Shown: positions 8,004 to 17,826, counted from the first letter of the stretch. The stretch is 36,087 nt of DNA from a virus (IMGVR_UViG_3300009529_000025:1-36087); one strand, 5' to 3'. Notes: generated from the sequence alone by a model not told the origin. Program-made: numbers and translations.

Positions 8004-8872
8004 TATAGCTCTAAGCCTACCCTAGGATCTACTATCTCTAAGTGTTTATTACTCACCGTCCTGATCCAATCCGCCATTCCTCCCACGTTCCTAATCATGC
8101 AATCATGATACATAGGCATCCACATATCAAATCCCTTTGAGGATTTCATTGGACGGCAGTTTGAATCCCCGTGATAATGGTAGATAGCAACATCTTCATC
8201 CGCAAGACTCTTAGGTTGATGCATTGGCGAGCAATTGAAACACCCTCCTCTATACACAGTCATTTCCTCCGTGGGGAAAAACTTAGGCATCATCACATGG
8301 AGAACCGTCTCATCCGCGATGAATATACTTCTAGCCTTCATCGTCCACTTGTACCATAAAGACAAGACCGGTGAGGAAGACTTGCAAGCAAACACTCCTC
8401 CATTCACAGAAGGATAAGGATTCGCCAAAACCTTCCCCACCAACTCCTGATCTATTTCTGGGAAAGGCTGTAATCGCCTTATCCTACCACTAATCCTAGT
8501 TCCTACCGTTACCCAATCATTCCATTGAGTAGCTGCAAACCCGCAGCTGTCAGCAACGTCAAACAACGAATCCAAGTTCCCGTGAACAGAAGTATCAGCA
8601 TCCAAATACAAAGAAAGCTGATCTTCTAGAGTTCTCATTAACAGAATCTTATTGATAAACTGACCGTTCTTTCCCTTGTAAGATGGCTCCCATTTCCTAG
8701 GCTCTATTGCCAAGTCGCCGTCTGTTGCTACTTTCAAAAGCATTTCGTGCGACTCTGGATAAGCATAGACAATCACGGGCCCTTGCCAATACTCTCGTAG
8801 CGTCTCCAACGACACGACGAGATATGGCATGTGCGGATTCGCCGACAATAAATACACAATCTGTCTATTCAC
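8003..8872 (-). CDS. Glycosyltransferase, GT-A fold (GT8-like)
   Basis: LYLDADT, VNGGVF, ADETVL, IYHYHG. Confidence 0.8.
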   Translation of the reverse strand: MNRQIVYLLSANPHMPYLVVSLETLREYWQGPVIVYAYPESHEMLLKVATDGDLAIEPRKWEPSYKGKNGQFINKILLMRTLEDQLSLYLDADTSVHGNLDSLFDVADSCGFAATQWNDWVTVGTRISGRIRRLQPFPEIDQELVGKVLANPYPSVNGGVFACKSSSPVLSLWYKWTMKARSIFIADETVLHVMMPKFFPTEEMTVYRGGCFNCSPMHQPKSLADEDVAIYHYHGDSNCRPMKSSKGFDMWMPMYHDCMIRNVGGMADWIRTVSNKHLEIVDPRVGLEL

Positions 8873-9588
8873 TTTTGTTCCCCGTATCGTTTTATCTCAC
8901 ATGGACAACAGCAAAATTCTGGTTTGAATAAATGTTCCCGAACGTATATCACATCTACCTGCCCATGCACACTTCGCATTGTGTGAAGCCATTGGCGAAA
9001 GAACCCCCTTTCAGTCAACCACTCATGAACTTCTAAAGGACTACACCAACCATATCCCAACGGTTTTGAAGTTGTCTCAACATTAACGACTTCTACTCTC
9101 TCCAACGTCTCTTCCCCTCCCTTCAACACTTCCAATTCACTCCCTTCGCAATCCATCCATAGCAAAGCAGATCCCTTCAATCCTCTAACGGTAAGATCGA
9201 ATACTCCATCCAACGTACTCACATCCACAGTAAATTGCCTTAGACGATCCTTTGGCTCCAGTCCTTCCCTAAGAATATGAGGATACAACGAAGCTCCGTC
9301 TTTGGAATGAATACGAGAATGCAACTGAGCTTTGCCTGAGAAGGAAGAAAGAGCTGTTTCAAAGAGAATTCCCGGATACTCCTTTCCTTTCTTCTTCAAT
9401 CCTTTAAGAATATCAGGATGAGGCTCGAAGCCGATCAACTCAGCTTCAGGCCAAGCGTGCTTCATGATATCAGCTTCTTTATGCTTAACACCGATACCGA
9501 CTTGAATGATAGTAGAAGGCTTCCACTTCAACCACTCGGCAACTAAGCAAACAGCAACTCCACTTCGAGCCAGTATCTTATCAGCCAT
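8869..9588 (-). CDS. FkbM-family methyltransferase
   Basis: GFEPHP, STLD, LWMDCEGSELEVLKGG, NVE, QVDVIYVR. Confidence 0.9.
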   Translation of the reverse strand: MADKILARSGVAVCLVAEWLKWKPSTIIQVGIGVKHKEADIMKHAWPEAELIGFEPHPDILKGLKKKGKEYPGILFETALSSFSGKAQLHSRIHSKDGASLYPHILREGLEPKDRLRQFTVDVSTLDGVFDLTVRGLKGSALLWMDCEGSELEVLKGGEETLERVEVVNVETTSKPLGYGWCSPLEVHEWLTERGFFRQWLHTMRSVHGQVDVIYVREHLFKPEFCCCPCEIKRYGEQK

Positions 9589-10387
9589 TACTCATTTCCC
9601 TTATTGCCTTCTGTATGTTCCTCTCATTGCTACAATGCTTCCAACCTCTAGACTTCATATTGGTTCGGACAATTCCTCTTCCCATTCTCTTGGCACAATA
9701 CCAAACATAGCCGTCTTGGGAAGGAACAGGCAGAAAACCAATTCCACAACTGCGACTGGCCAGTGAAGCTACAAATCGACTGAAGGCGGCTTCAAAGAAA
9801 GCTCCCCAGCTTATAATCCTCTTGTGTCCAATCTTTGAGGCTCCCGGCTCTCCTCTTAATTCAAGAGGCTTGAAACCTTCGAACATAGGAGAGATTCCGT
9901 TCAACTTAGAAGCCCATTCATCTAGCTTCTGCATTTGATTAGCTGGCTTCGTAAACCCCCAACGATGAGCCACTATTGAGGGATTGTCCTCAAACCACTT
10001 CGATTTTATCCAGTCTTCCTGATCCGTTGCTAAAACGTCCGTATCAAGTTTTAGCCAGTACTGAGTAGTCACACAAGCAGCAGGAACGTAGACGAAACCA
10101 GCCAGCATACGATACCTTTGAGGACTGTCCCACTTGCAAGTTCCATCGCCTGGATATACCTGATCAGTCCCACTAAAAGGCCAAGCTACGCATCTCAAGT
10201 TTGGATGATCCACCACTCCTCTGATATCATTCTCTTCAACTTGCTGATAATCGTAAAATACAATCATCGGCCATTCCAACATTTCAGACTTGTGTCTCTT
10301 CCATGTAGGCCAAGTCAGAGCTAACTGACGAAGATGCTTGAAGTCTACTCCAACAACTAAAGAAAACGTTGGTCTGGATTCAGACAC
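9581..10387 (-). CDS. Putative glycosyltransferase (DxD)
   Basis: YWLKLDTDV, VPSQD, late H; lies within the glycan cluster. Confidence 0.65.
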   Translation of the reverse strand: MSESRPTFSLVVGVDFKHLRQLALTWPTWKRHKSEMLEWPMIVFYDYQQVEENDIRGVVDHPNLRCVAWPFSGTDQVYPGDGTCKWDSPQRYRMLAGFVYVPAACVTTQYWLKLDTDVLATDQEDWIKSKWFEDNPSIVAHRWGFTKPANQMQKLDEWASKLNGISPMFEGFKPLELRGEPGASKIGHKRIISWGAFFEAAFSRFVASLASRSCGIGFLPVPSQDGYVWYCAKRMGRGIVRTNMKSRGWKHCSNERNIQKAIREMSNG

Positions 10388-10779
10388 ATTATCTCCTTTT
10401 TCAGTTCCTCTAAGTCGTCTGATCCGCCTTCATCTTCCCTGACTATATCCTCCATCCTCACTCCCCCTCCCATGTCTGGCCAATACACCTCTACCAACCT
10501 GCCGCTTTCCATCACACGAAACCTATGCCATTGCATACTCGGAACGGTAAAGACGTCTCCAGCCCTTAGTACGTTCAAAGTTCTTTTACTTCCCTCCCAC
10601 ATCTCTACACAAACAACCCCCTCCTGAACGGCGAATAGGTTAGCTCTTTCTTGATGGAAGTGCTTAGAGCAACGATAGCCCGCCTTCACTTCCAGACAAC
10701 TCACGGCCGCTTGATCTGAACTGAAAATGTGAGTAACCCAACCCCATACTTTCTGTTCTTTTTTGATTCTGTTCTTCAT
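10357..10779 (-). CDS. Cupin-domain protein (sugar isomerase/epimerase-like)
   Basis: KVWG, CSKHFH, LRAGDVFTVPSMQWHRF, EV...EDIVR. Confidence 0.85.
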   Translation of the reverse strand: MKNRIKKEQKVWGWVTHIFSSDQAAVSCLEVKAGYRCSKHFHQERANLFAVQEGVVCVEMWEGSKRTLNVLRAGDVFTVPSMQWHRFRVMESGRLVEVYWPDMGGGVRMEDIVREDEGGSDDLEELKKEIMCLNPDQRFL

Positions 10780-10788
10780 TCAATATCC

Positions 10789-11799
10789 TCATTTCTCGTA
10801 CCAATGAGATAAGTCCGGAGTCGTCTCAACAACTCCCTGACACTGCTTTAAAGCCGAGTCAAAGTCAACGTAGGGAAACGCCCTAAGTCCACTCCTCTCG
10901 TTGCAATTATATATCTGAAGTCCAAACCTAGTAAACACCTCCTCCTCCAACTTGCATAACCACTTATTCACGATGCAAAACTGCTCGTTGTTAGAAACTG
11001 ACGCCTCTTCCGTTCTGCCTTGCTCAAACGAATAGCCATACTCCGGCGTCATGTAAAAGTCCACACCGACCAGAAACAAAGCCTTAGCTCCCAAGTACCG
11101 AATCAAACGAATCGCCAACAGCATCGTGCATACAGTCTTCGGTTGTCCTGTTCGCCGAACTCCGTCGTTCAGATTCCCCCATGATGCATCATCGTCCAGA
11201 AAGAAAGAGTCGTCAGGTTCTAGCCAACTACGTCTCCTGAACCCCCATAGATTAGGACAAGCAGGAACTCTAGTACTCAACTTCTCAAAAGTTCCATTTT
11301 CCTTTTTCCGTCTCAGCTCATTCCGATGACGATGAAATTTAGGAGTAGGAATAAACTTCATAATTCCAGGATCCATCCAGATGCTATGACTGAACTTACT
11401 CAACCCATCTGAACAGACAAACGCTTGAGGACGAAACGCCTTATGCCCAGCCATATTGTTTACGGCCATCGTCCAAACGCCACGACTGCTAAGTCGTTCT
11501 AAAGGGGATTCATTAGCAGAAGGCCCGCCGCAAGCCAGCACTACACTAGCCCCGGCAAGCATGCCTCTAAGAGCGTCTGTCTTCATTCGGAATCGGTCGG
11601 TCACATGAAGAGGATCGACCCACTTATCAAGAAAGTCCGAAGATGATAAGAGCAACTTCTCCTTACATTGATGGCAAGTTGCTATCTTATGAACCTTACC
11701 TTTTGCACATTGTCCATGAATCTGACAATCATAAGTTTCATGTCCCTCGTGTTCTCTACCTGTAAGATTGCCTAGATAGACACATTGTTCCTCCCCCAC
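10789..11799 (-). CDS. Maf/DUF115/GT29-like transferase with an N-terminal Cys/His-rich module
   Basis: VVLACGGPS, MAVNN, FVCSD, TVCTMLLAIRLIRYLGAKALFLVGVDF, IYNCN..SGL..FP. The N-terminus has C..C-x2-H-x2-C..CxxC. Confidence 0.6.
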   Translation of the reverse strand: MGEEQCVYLGNLTGREHEGHETYDCQIHGQCAKGKVHKIATCHQCKEKLLLSSSDFLDKWVDPLHVTDRFRMKTDALRGMLAGASVVLACGGPSANESPLERLSSRGVWTMAVNNMAGHKAFRPQAFVCSDGLSKFSHSIWMDPGIMKFIPTPKFHRHRNELRRKKENGTFEKLSTRVPACPNLWGFRRRSWLEPDDSFFLDDDASWGNLNDGVRRTGQPKTVCTMLLAIRLIRYLGAKALFLVGVDFYMTPEYGYSFEQGRTEEASVSNNEQFCIVNKWLCKLEEEVFTRFGLQIYNCNERSGLRAFPYVDFDSALKQCQGVVETTPDLSHWYEK

Positions 11800-11811
11800 A
11801 ACTGTTCTCCT

Positions 11812-12390
11812 TTAGCATTGCAGGTTCCAGATTACGTACCTCTCTAGTCGTTTATTATACTTAGCCATCCCCATTGCACCTATAACACCTTCGAACATAT
11901 AGTCCTCTGACGTCAGTTTATTGTAAACGTCTAGATACCGTCCAGGATCATTTCCATCATAGTACAGATCTACTTCAGCGGCAGCCTTCTCATCGGTGAC
12001 TTCTAATACAGCAGTCAAGGTGAATTCTATCGCAGAGGAAAGACCCGTCTCAGTTCCTGATCCTCCTGTCGGAACGTACATGCTTCTCGTAGCGTCCCAA
12101 TAGGCAACCACCCTATTATCATTAGATAACGCCATATCTAAGTCGCTGGCGTCAAGATCCCACTCCTTATCTACTAAGGCCCAAGCACTAGTGATCCTAT
12201 CCCAATACCGAAGCTTGACTTTGTAGAGTTGATTGTCAGCGTCATCGTCATTTGTAACCTGAACAATGCTTTGAATCCAGGCGGAAGGAATTGGAGAAGG
12301 TTGTATTTCAAACCCCAGAATTCTCCGTGAACCGGGAACAGAAACACTTCGCTTACGACGTCCAGAAAGACTACTGGGAACTAACATCAT
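11812..12390 (-). CDS. Hypothetical tail-region virion protein
   Basis: 192 aa ORF, second gene after the tape measure, beta-rich composition. Confidence 0.6.
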   Translation of the reverse strand: MMLVPSSLSGRRKRSVSVPGSRRILGFEIQPSPIPSAWIQSIVQVTNDDDADNQLYKVKLRYWDRITSAWALVDKEWDLDASDLDMALSNDNRVVAYWDATRSMYVPTGGSGTETGLSSAIEFTLTAVLEVTDEKAAAEVDLYYDGNDPGRYLDVYNKLTSEDYMFEGVIGAMGMAKYNKRLERYVIWNLQC

Positions 12391-12398
12391 TGCTCAGC

Positions 12399-13340
12399 TT
12401 ACGTCTCGGAAGAATCAAACAAAGGCTCTAAATCAGTTTCTACATACAGTTTCTCGCCTTCCTTGGTCCTTACTTCAGCATATTGACTAGTAAACGGATC
12501 CCATAAATGTTGCCATGTTACTTGATTCGTCTTACTGCCCGTAGTCCATTTGAAATTACGCTCCACAAATTGCATCTCAACATCAATGAAAGGCTTGGCG
12601 GGCAGATTAGTTCTCCAACTATAAATCTGTCCATAACTATAGCCCAGGAATAACATCGTCCATATGGGAGGATTGTGAAACAATGACATTTCGCGATTGT
12701 TGATCTTACCCATCGAATCATCAAACCTAGTTCGAAGCGTCTCATCAAAGAAATCGTAGGGAACGTTTCTCCACCGAACAGTCCAAAACGTTCTTCGCTC
12801 AATGGTAAGTCGTTTCATTTTAGGACTTTTTATTTCAATCCGTTCGTTGTCGAAATTTATCATATGAGCACCGTGACCGAAATCATCCTCTAGAAATTGT
12901 CCTTCCGAACGAGAATTCACTTCTAGATAAGTCTTTGGATTAGTAGGATCTGGAGGAAGATCGTTTTCTGGTCTAGTTTCATATTCTACCGTGACTCGTA
13001 AGAATCTCTCGTAGGTTTTCAGAGAAGCATAGGGATCACTTTCAAACGGATCTATTGGCTTTCCATCCGTCAATCCCTCATAGCTTACAGCACGAGCTAG
13101 GCAAGTAGGCAGACCGTTAGGATAGCCATTTTGGAAGTAGGTAAGACGTCCATTGACTACCCGAGGAGAAGGAAACATAGCCTCTAAGAAGTCAATTAGA
13201 CGATCAGCTTCAATGATGAAAACCTCAGTAACCTTGGCTCCTTGTTCTCCAAAGGAACCCCTACGTTCTATAGCCTTTACTGGAACAGCTCCCCGAACAG
13301 TTCGTAAACGCCATAGTGCACTAGACTGATTGACGCTCAC
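12399..13340 (-). CDS. Putative distal tail/tail-tip protein
   Basis: 313 aa ORF directly after the tape measure (GTGA overlap). Call rests on position only. Confidence 0.55.
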   Translation of the reverse strand: MSVNQSSALWRLRTVRGAVPVKAIERRGSFGEQGAKVTEVFIIEADRLIDFLEAMFPSPRVVNGRLTYFQNGYPNGLPTCLARAVSYEGLTDGKPIDPFESDPYASLKTYERFLRVTVEYETRPENDLPPDPTNPKTYLEVNSRSEGQFLEDDFGHGAHMINFDNERIEIKSPKMKRLTIERRTFWTVRWRNVPYDFFDETLRTRFDDSMGKINNREMSLFHNPPIWTMLFLGYSYGQIYSWRTNLPAKPFIDVEMQFVERNFKWTTGSKTNQVTWQHLWDPFTSQYAEVRTKEGEKLYVETDLEPLFDSSET

Positions 13341-15445
13341 AATAGAACCTCCTCCTCTATTCCATGCTCTGGCTTGCTGTTCCTTTCAATCTGAGCCAAT
13401 ATTCGTTTGTGTTCCTTTAATTCATCTAGCATTTTCTTTTGAGGGTCTTCCTCACTCAAAGATTGCTGCAACTTGTCTGCAAATTCAACAAAACCTACTC
13501 TACCAAATTGTCTGACAGGAGCAGTTTCAAGTTGTTTTTCTAATCCAGTTATTACTTTTCTAACTTCAATAGCTCTCATTTCATCTTTCATATTACGAAA
13601 CCGATCTTTTATCCGTTCCAAAGTCTGCTTACCCAACCTTTGATCTAAAGTCCGGGAATATTGCAAAGCAGCTAATTCACTCTTAGTCATTTCACCAGTA
13701 GCCAAAGCAATCTCTTCTCGCATGTCCCGAAACGTTTCTTTTACGCCCTTGAGAGACTCTCCCAATTCCTCACGTAACCTAATCTTCTTTATTCCGTCTC
13801 TGACGTAAACAAATTCATCGCCGTACTCCCTGATCTTCTCCTTTGACAATCCTCTCTTCTCCAAAGATTCTATGAAGTCTTCATACTCCAATTTCGCCTC
13901 GGTAGTTCGGCCAGTCAAAATCGCATATTCATCCGTCAGATATCGCATTGAATCCTTAGCTTCCTGATAGGACAAAGCTAGTCGAGTATTCTCTTTATAG
14001 TTCGATCCAAGTCCTTCCGTAACTCTGCTGGCTACTCGAATCAGCTCCATTGTGTTTTTTTTGGTCTTAACTATTTCAACATTAAGACACTTAAAAACTC
14101 CCGCGACTTCCTCCGTCGCTTTGGACAATCCCAACTGCCTCTCCGCCATTTCCTTCATCTCTCCAAAGATCTCATGAAATGTAGCTGCTCCTTGTGCTAA
14201 GTTCCCTATGAACTTAAGAGTATATTCCAGAACCGGTCCCAAGACCTTCATTATAGTAGAACCCAAAGCAGTAAAACCAGCTCCTGCACCGGCCAGTCCC
14301 TTCTGAAGTGCTGTCAATTGCTTCTCTGCCACTTCTTCAGTCTTACCTGCCATATTATCAAGCTGCTCGTTATATCCCTTCAGTGCCTCAGATGAACCTA
14401 TTAACATCTGAGTGAAGATGAGAGACTTGTCGGCAAAACCTAACTGCATCAAAGCAGCTTTTTTGTCTGCCGTAGCCTTTCCTTCCATAAGTTTTTCCAA
14501 ATCCTTAAGAATATCAGCCATATGTCTCATGTTGTTTTCAGAATCAAAGATATTAACTCCCATTTCTTCAAAGGCGGCTGAATTCCTTAGAGCTTTTGTT
14601 TGTAAATCTCTAAGAACAATATTAAGAGCTGTGCCTGCTTCTGAAGACTTCAATCCTTGATCTGCAAATACTGCCAATATTGCCAGTCCTTCTTCCAGAC
14701 TCTTATTAGTCATTTTCAAAGCTGCCCCTGCCTTAGTAGTTAGGGCAGTTGAAAATTGTTCCACAGAAGCATTGGCCAATGTATTAGCCCCGACAAGTGC
14801 ATCCGTTACTCGTTTCAGATTCTCTAAATTCTGTATAGGATCTTTGACGGTCATGCCCAATGCACTCTGAGCATCGGTTGCCAGATCCGTAGCTCTTGCC
14901 ATGTCAAACATTCCAGCCTGAGCAAACAAAGCTACTTGAGGCAAAGCAGCAATCGATTGCCCCACATCCAGACCAGCAGAAGCTAAAAAGTAAAATGACT
15001 CAGCTGTTTGTTCCATGCTAAATTGAGTTGTTGCTGCAGCATCTACTGCAGCTTCTCTCATCTCTCCTCTCATCATCTTCGATACGTCACCCATAATAGC
15101 TAAAGAACTTCTCATCGCCCGATTATACATTTCTCCAGATCTTGCTGTCTTTACAAAGACTGCACCAGTAGCCATCGCAGCAGCAAGAGCAGGACCACCA
15201 CGAGCAAGAGCACCAGCACCAGCAGCACCAGCTGCAGCACCAGCACCAGCAGCACCAGCTGCAGCACCAGCACCAGCAGCACCAAAAGCACTAACACCCC
15301 CACCGCCCCCAAGCGGCACAGCAGCACTTCTGCCCAACGAATCTGCTGCCGCTTTGACCTTTGGTTTTGCTCTATTAAAATCTCCGACGATCTTACTAGA
15401 ATCGCCGCGAATCATAACCCACGCTTTGGCTAATTCTATTCCGAT
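13337..15445 (-). CDS. Tail tape measure protein (TP901-type)
   Basis: AESFYFLASAG, ATDLATD, ANASVEQFSTAL, GLKSSEAGTAL, GVNIFDSENNMR; follows the chaperone pair. The first ATG is 15415, but the conserved-looking (M)GIELAKAWV N-terminus begins at ATC 15445. Confidence 0.95.
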   Translation of the reverse strand: MGIELAKAWVMIRGDSSKIVGDFNRAKPKVKAAADSLGRSAAVPLGGGGGVSAFGAAGAGAAAGAAGAGAAAGAAGAGALARGGPALAAAMATGAVFVKTARSGEMYNRAMRSSLAIMGDVSKMMRGEMREAAVDAAATTQFSMEQTAESFYFLASAGLDVGQSIAALPQVALFAQAGMFDMARATDLATDAQSALGMTVKDPIQNLENLKRVTDALVGANTLANASVEQFSTALTTKAGAALKMTNKSLEEGLAILAVFADQGLKSSEAGTALNIVLRDLQTKALRNSAAFEEMGVNIFDSENNMRHMADILKDLEKLMEGKATADKKAALMQLGFADKSLIFTQMLIGSSEALKGYNEQLDNMAGKTEEVAEKQLTALQKGLAGAGAGFTALGSTIMKVLGPVLEYTLKFIGNLAQGAATFHEIFGEMKEMAERQLGLSKATEEVAGVFKCLNVEIVKTKKNTMELIRVASRVTEGLGSNYKENTRLALSYQEAKDSMRYLTDEYAILTGRTTEAKLEYEDFIESLEKRGLSKEKIREYGDEFVYVRDGIKKIRLREELGESLKGVKETFRDMREEIALATGEMTKSELAALQYSRTLDQRLGKQTLERIKDRFRNMKDEMRAIEVRKVITGLEKQLETAPVRQFGRVGFVEFADKLQQSLSEEDPQKKMLDELKEHKRILAQIERNSKPEHGIEEEVLL
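15210..15283. repeat. 27-bp tandem repeat (about 2.7 copies) encoding a Gly/Ala linker in the TMP
   Basis: GCACCAGCACCAGCAGCACCAGCTGCA at 15210, 15237 and partially at 15264. Confidence 0.9.
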
Positions 15446-15450
15446 GATTC

Positions 15451-15890
15451 TTACCCTCCGCGCTTTCGTTCTCTTCTCTTCTTCCGTCTCGTCTTTTTAC
15501 CTTCCTTCTTACGTCTCTCTTCGGCCTCTTCTATCAACTGACGAGCTTTTGACTTTTCCCCAATTCGTCCTTTAATTGCTGCTCCGTCCTTTGCCCTTCC
15601 TCTATACAACCCATCCTTATCAGCCTTCAATTTATGAATTGCAGTCAAGCTATCCAACTCTTGACTTCTGCCTGACTTCCCCCTCAATGTCTCAATATCA
15701 CAAAGTCGAAACCAAATCTGATCCAATGTCATTTGTCCCACTTGCTCCGGCGTATAGCCTCCTCCTCCATTCCAAGGGTTTTCACAAAGCATTCGCAAGT
15801 GGTAAACTGTAATCCCTCCCAACAATCCGCTACCATCAGTGACCTCATCTTCTTCACTGATTCTCTCCAGGGCAGCGGATCCTAGATATT
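15451..15890 (-). CDS. Tail assembly chaperone, frameshift (T) portion
   Basis: The frame of ORF 15451..15825 stays open upstream to the slippery site (KYLGSAALERISEEDEVTDGSGLLGGITV...). YTPEQVGQMTLDQI is typical of GT chaperones. Confidence 0.85.
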
Positions 15891-16511
15891 TCCCACCGAG
15901 GCCGCTGTCAGGCGTTCCACCGTCCTAGCAGCTTCCGCTATCTTCGGAAATGGCCAATTACCTACTTGATTACGAGTCACTTCAGGATGCTCTCTCCGAA
16001 CTCCAGCAGCAATAAAAGCAACCATCCCAGTCATCGTGGCTGTTATCCACCACTGATCATAACGAACACGACCACGAATGGGATTCTTTCCTGTCATCTG
16101 CTTAACTTGAGACGACTTCAAATCCCCATTTTCAAGAGCTACTGATAGAACAGCCCTTATAGCATTATCACTTTGCTGCTCTTCTCCTCCGTGCTCCTCT
16201 GCCCACTTTCTAATCTTATCCGTAATGGGAATCAGGCTAACATCATAGGCATCCTTCTGAGGTAGATTATTCAAGTCCCAGCCCGCAACCTGATCCATCT
16301 TTCTCTCAATCAATTCCGTTGCCTTCCCATTACTCAACAAGTCAGCGTTCTCTGCATAAGTTTCTAGGTACTGTCGCTTGTAGTGCTTCAAAGCTTCACG
16401 TTCCAAGTCGCACAACGACTGAGCCACTACCGGACGAAGAGTGTATGTCTTTCCTTTCACTTCGATCGTGTCTCCAGCTGCCAACGCTCTCGCTTCTGCT
16501 TCAGTTCCCAT
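15882..16511 (-). CDS. Tail assembly chaperone (G)
   Basis: Lies between the tail tube and the TMP; IEVKGKTYTLRP. Start ATG 16511 with an AAGGAG RBS. Confidence 0.8.
   Translation of the reverse strand: MGTEAEARALAAGDTIEVKGKTYTLRPVVAQSLCDLEREALKHYKRQYLETYAENADLLSNGKATELIERKMDQVAGWDLNNLPQKDAYDVSLIPITDKIRKWAEEHGGEEQQSDNAIRAVLSVALENGDLKSSQVKQMTGKNPIRGRVRYDQWWITATMTGMVAFIAAGVRREHPEVTRNQVGNWPFPKIAEAARTVERLTAASVGNI
15888..15894 (-). promoter_or_regulatory. Programmed -1 ribosomal frameshift site G GGA AAT
   Basis: XXXYYYZ heptamer in the correct phase, two codons before the G stop. The -1 frame enters the T ORF. Confidence 0.85.
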
Positions 16512-16542
16512 ACTCGTTCTCCTTTTGCAAACTTGAAACATT

Positions 16543-16596
16543 AAAAAAGCCCTTCAGGATCGATGGTATTGCCTAACAATCCTGATCCTGAAGGGC
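16543..16596 (-). terminator. Rho-independent terminator after the tail tube gene
   Basis: GCCCTTCAGGATC...GATCCTGAAGGGC (13-bp perfect stem) followed by TTTTTT. Confidence 0.8.
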
Positions 16597-16619
16597 CGTT
16601 ATCGACAAGCCCCATCAAG

Positions 16620-17048
16620 CTATGGCAGTACTCTGGCTGTAGCCGAAGCAGCTCCCGGCCTGTAACAGATGCCATCAGTTCCCCACGAACTAGTCCATCC
16701 AATAACTTCTTCACTATCGATGTTCACACTCAGATTGAAGTCGGTGCACATCGCCCGTGGGAAGTCCCAATACAGATCGACGTTATCCAACCAAAGTACG
16801 GCAATTAAAATATCCCCTGGCTCGAATAAATCAAAAGCTTCGTTGGAGGTATCGTACTTACCATTCGCCGTAAACGTCGCATCCCTACGTCCCTCGGCTC
16901 TGCTAGTCCATCCTCCGCTGTCACTATCACCCCATTCGCTGCTAGAGGCAAGAGTAGAATTAACTCCCCACTCAATACAACGAGCAATCAGTGTAGTTTC
17001 AACCACGAATTTGCCATCACGTCCGGTCTTAGTATTTGCACTTGACAT
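16620..17048 (-). CDS. Major tail (tube) protein
   Basis: TGRDGKF, DSDSGGW...EGRRDATFTANG, W..S.G.DG pattern. Precedes the chaperones, with a GAGG RBS and a downstream terminator. Confidence 0.8.
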   Translation of the reverse strand: MSSANTKTGRDGKFVVETTLIARCIEWGVNSTLASSSEWGDSDSGGWTSRAEGRRDATFTANGKYDTSNEAFDLFEPGDILIAVLWLDNVDLYWDFPRAMCTDFNLSVNIDSEEVIGWTSSWGTDGICYRPGAASATARVLP

Positions 17049-17064
17049 TTTATATTAACCTCAC

Positions 17065-17826
17065 TTATGTAGTCCAACTTGAGCTGCTTTGACTACTGGT
17101 AGATTCGGAAGACGACAGACTAGATGTACTAGACGAAAGCGAAGATTGGCTAGAAGTACTAGAGCTACTAGATGACGACGATTGAGAACTAGTCGATGAA
17201 GATGAAGAGGATGAGGAGGAGGATTGACTTGAAGTACTAGACGAACTAGAAGAAGAAGAGGATTCGTCATCGTCATGTCGGGCCAGTATATAGATTGAAT
17301 AAGTAAGTGCAGCTCCATTTGCTGTAAATTTCAAGGTATGATTAGAAGCGTCCGTTACATTTAATCCAGCTTCGGCTGGCTGAGCCTTGAGAAACAATCC
17401 CTGTCCTCGCAAAGCTCCGCCCGTAGCAGCAGTATGACTTCCCAGAGCAGTCCAACCGTTTGCCGCTCCAGGTTCAATCTCCAACTGACCCGCTGCAGCA
17501 ATCGCATTCTCATTCAAAATAGCAATAGCTACAATCTCTTCATGTATTACAGCTTGTCCCACTCCATCCAATCCAGCACCAGCACCAATATCAATCCCAG
17601 CCACGTCGTACATGTCCAACGTTTCAGTAGCTCCGCTCCCTAACGATCGACTTTCGCTTTGCCATCCTCTATTAGCTTGATTATCATTCACTCCACTTGA
17701 TAGAGTTGGACGATAACTCAAACTGGGATGCTTCACATTTGTAATCTTCGCATCCTCCAGAGTATTCTGAACCGTAGCACTTAAGTCTACTTGGAGGATG
17801 ATTCCAGTTAGTGTTCTATTCGCCAT
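17065..17826 (-). CDS. Virion protein with a C-terminal poly-Ser tail ending SWTT
   Basis: About 190 aa beta-rich domain followed by a ~65 aa Ser tract. GAGGTG RBS; lies between the tail terminator and tail tube genes. Confidence 0.8.
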   Translation of the reverse strand: MANRTLTGIILQVDLSATVQNTLEDAKITNVKHPSLSYRPTLSSGVNDNQANRGWQSESRSLGSGATETLDMYDVAGIDIGAGAGLDGVGQAVIHEEIVAIAILNENAIAAAGQLEIEPGAANGWTALGSHTAATGGALRGQGLFLKAQPAEAGLNVTDASNHTLKFTANGAALTYSIYILARHDDDESSSSSSSSSTSSQSSSSSSSSSSTSSQSSSSSSSSTSSQSSLSSSTSSLSSSESTSSQSSSSWTT

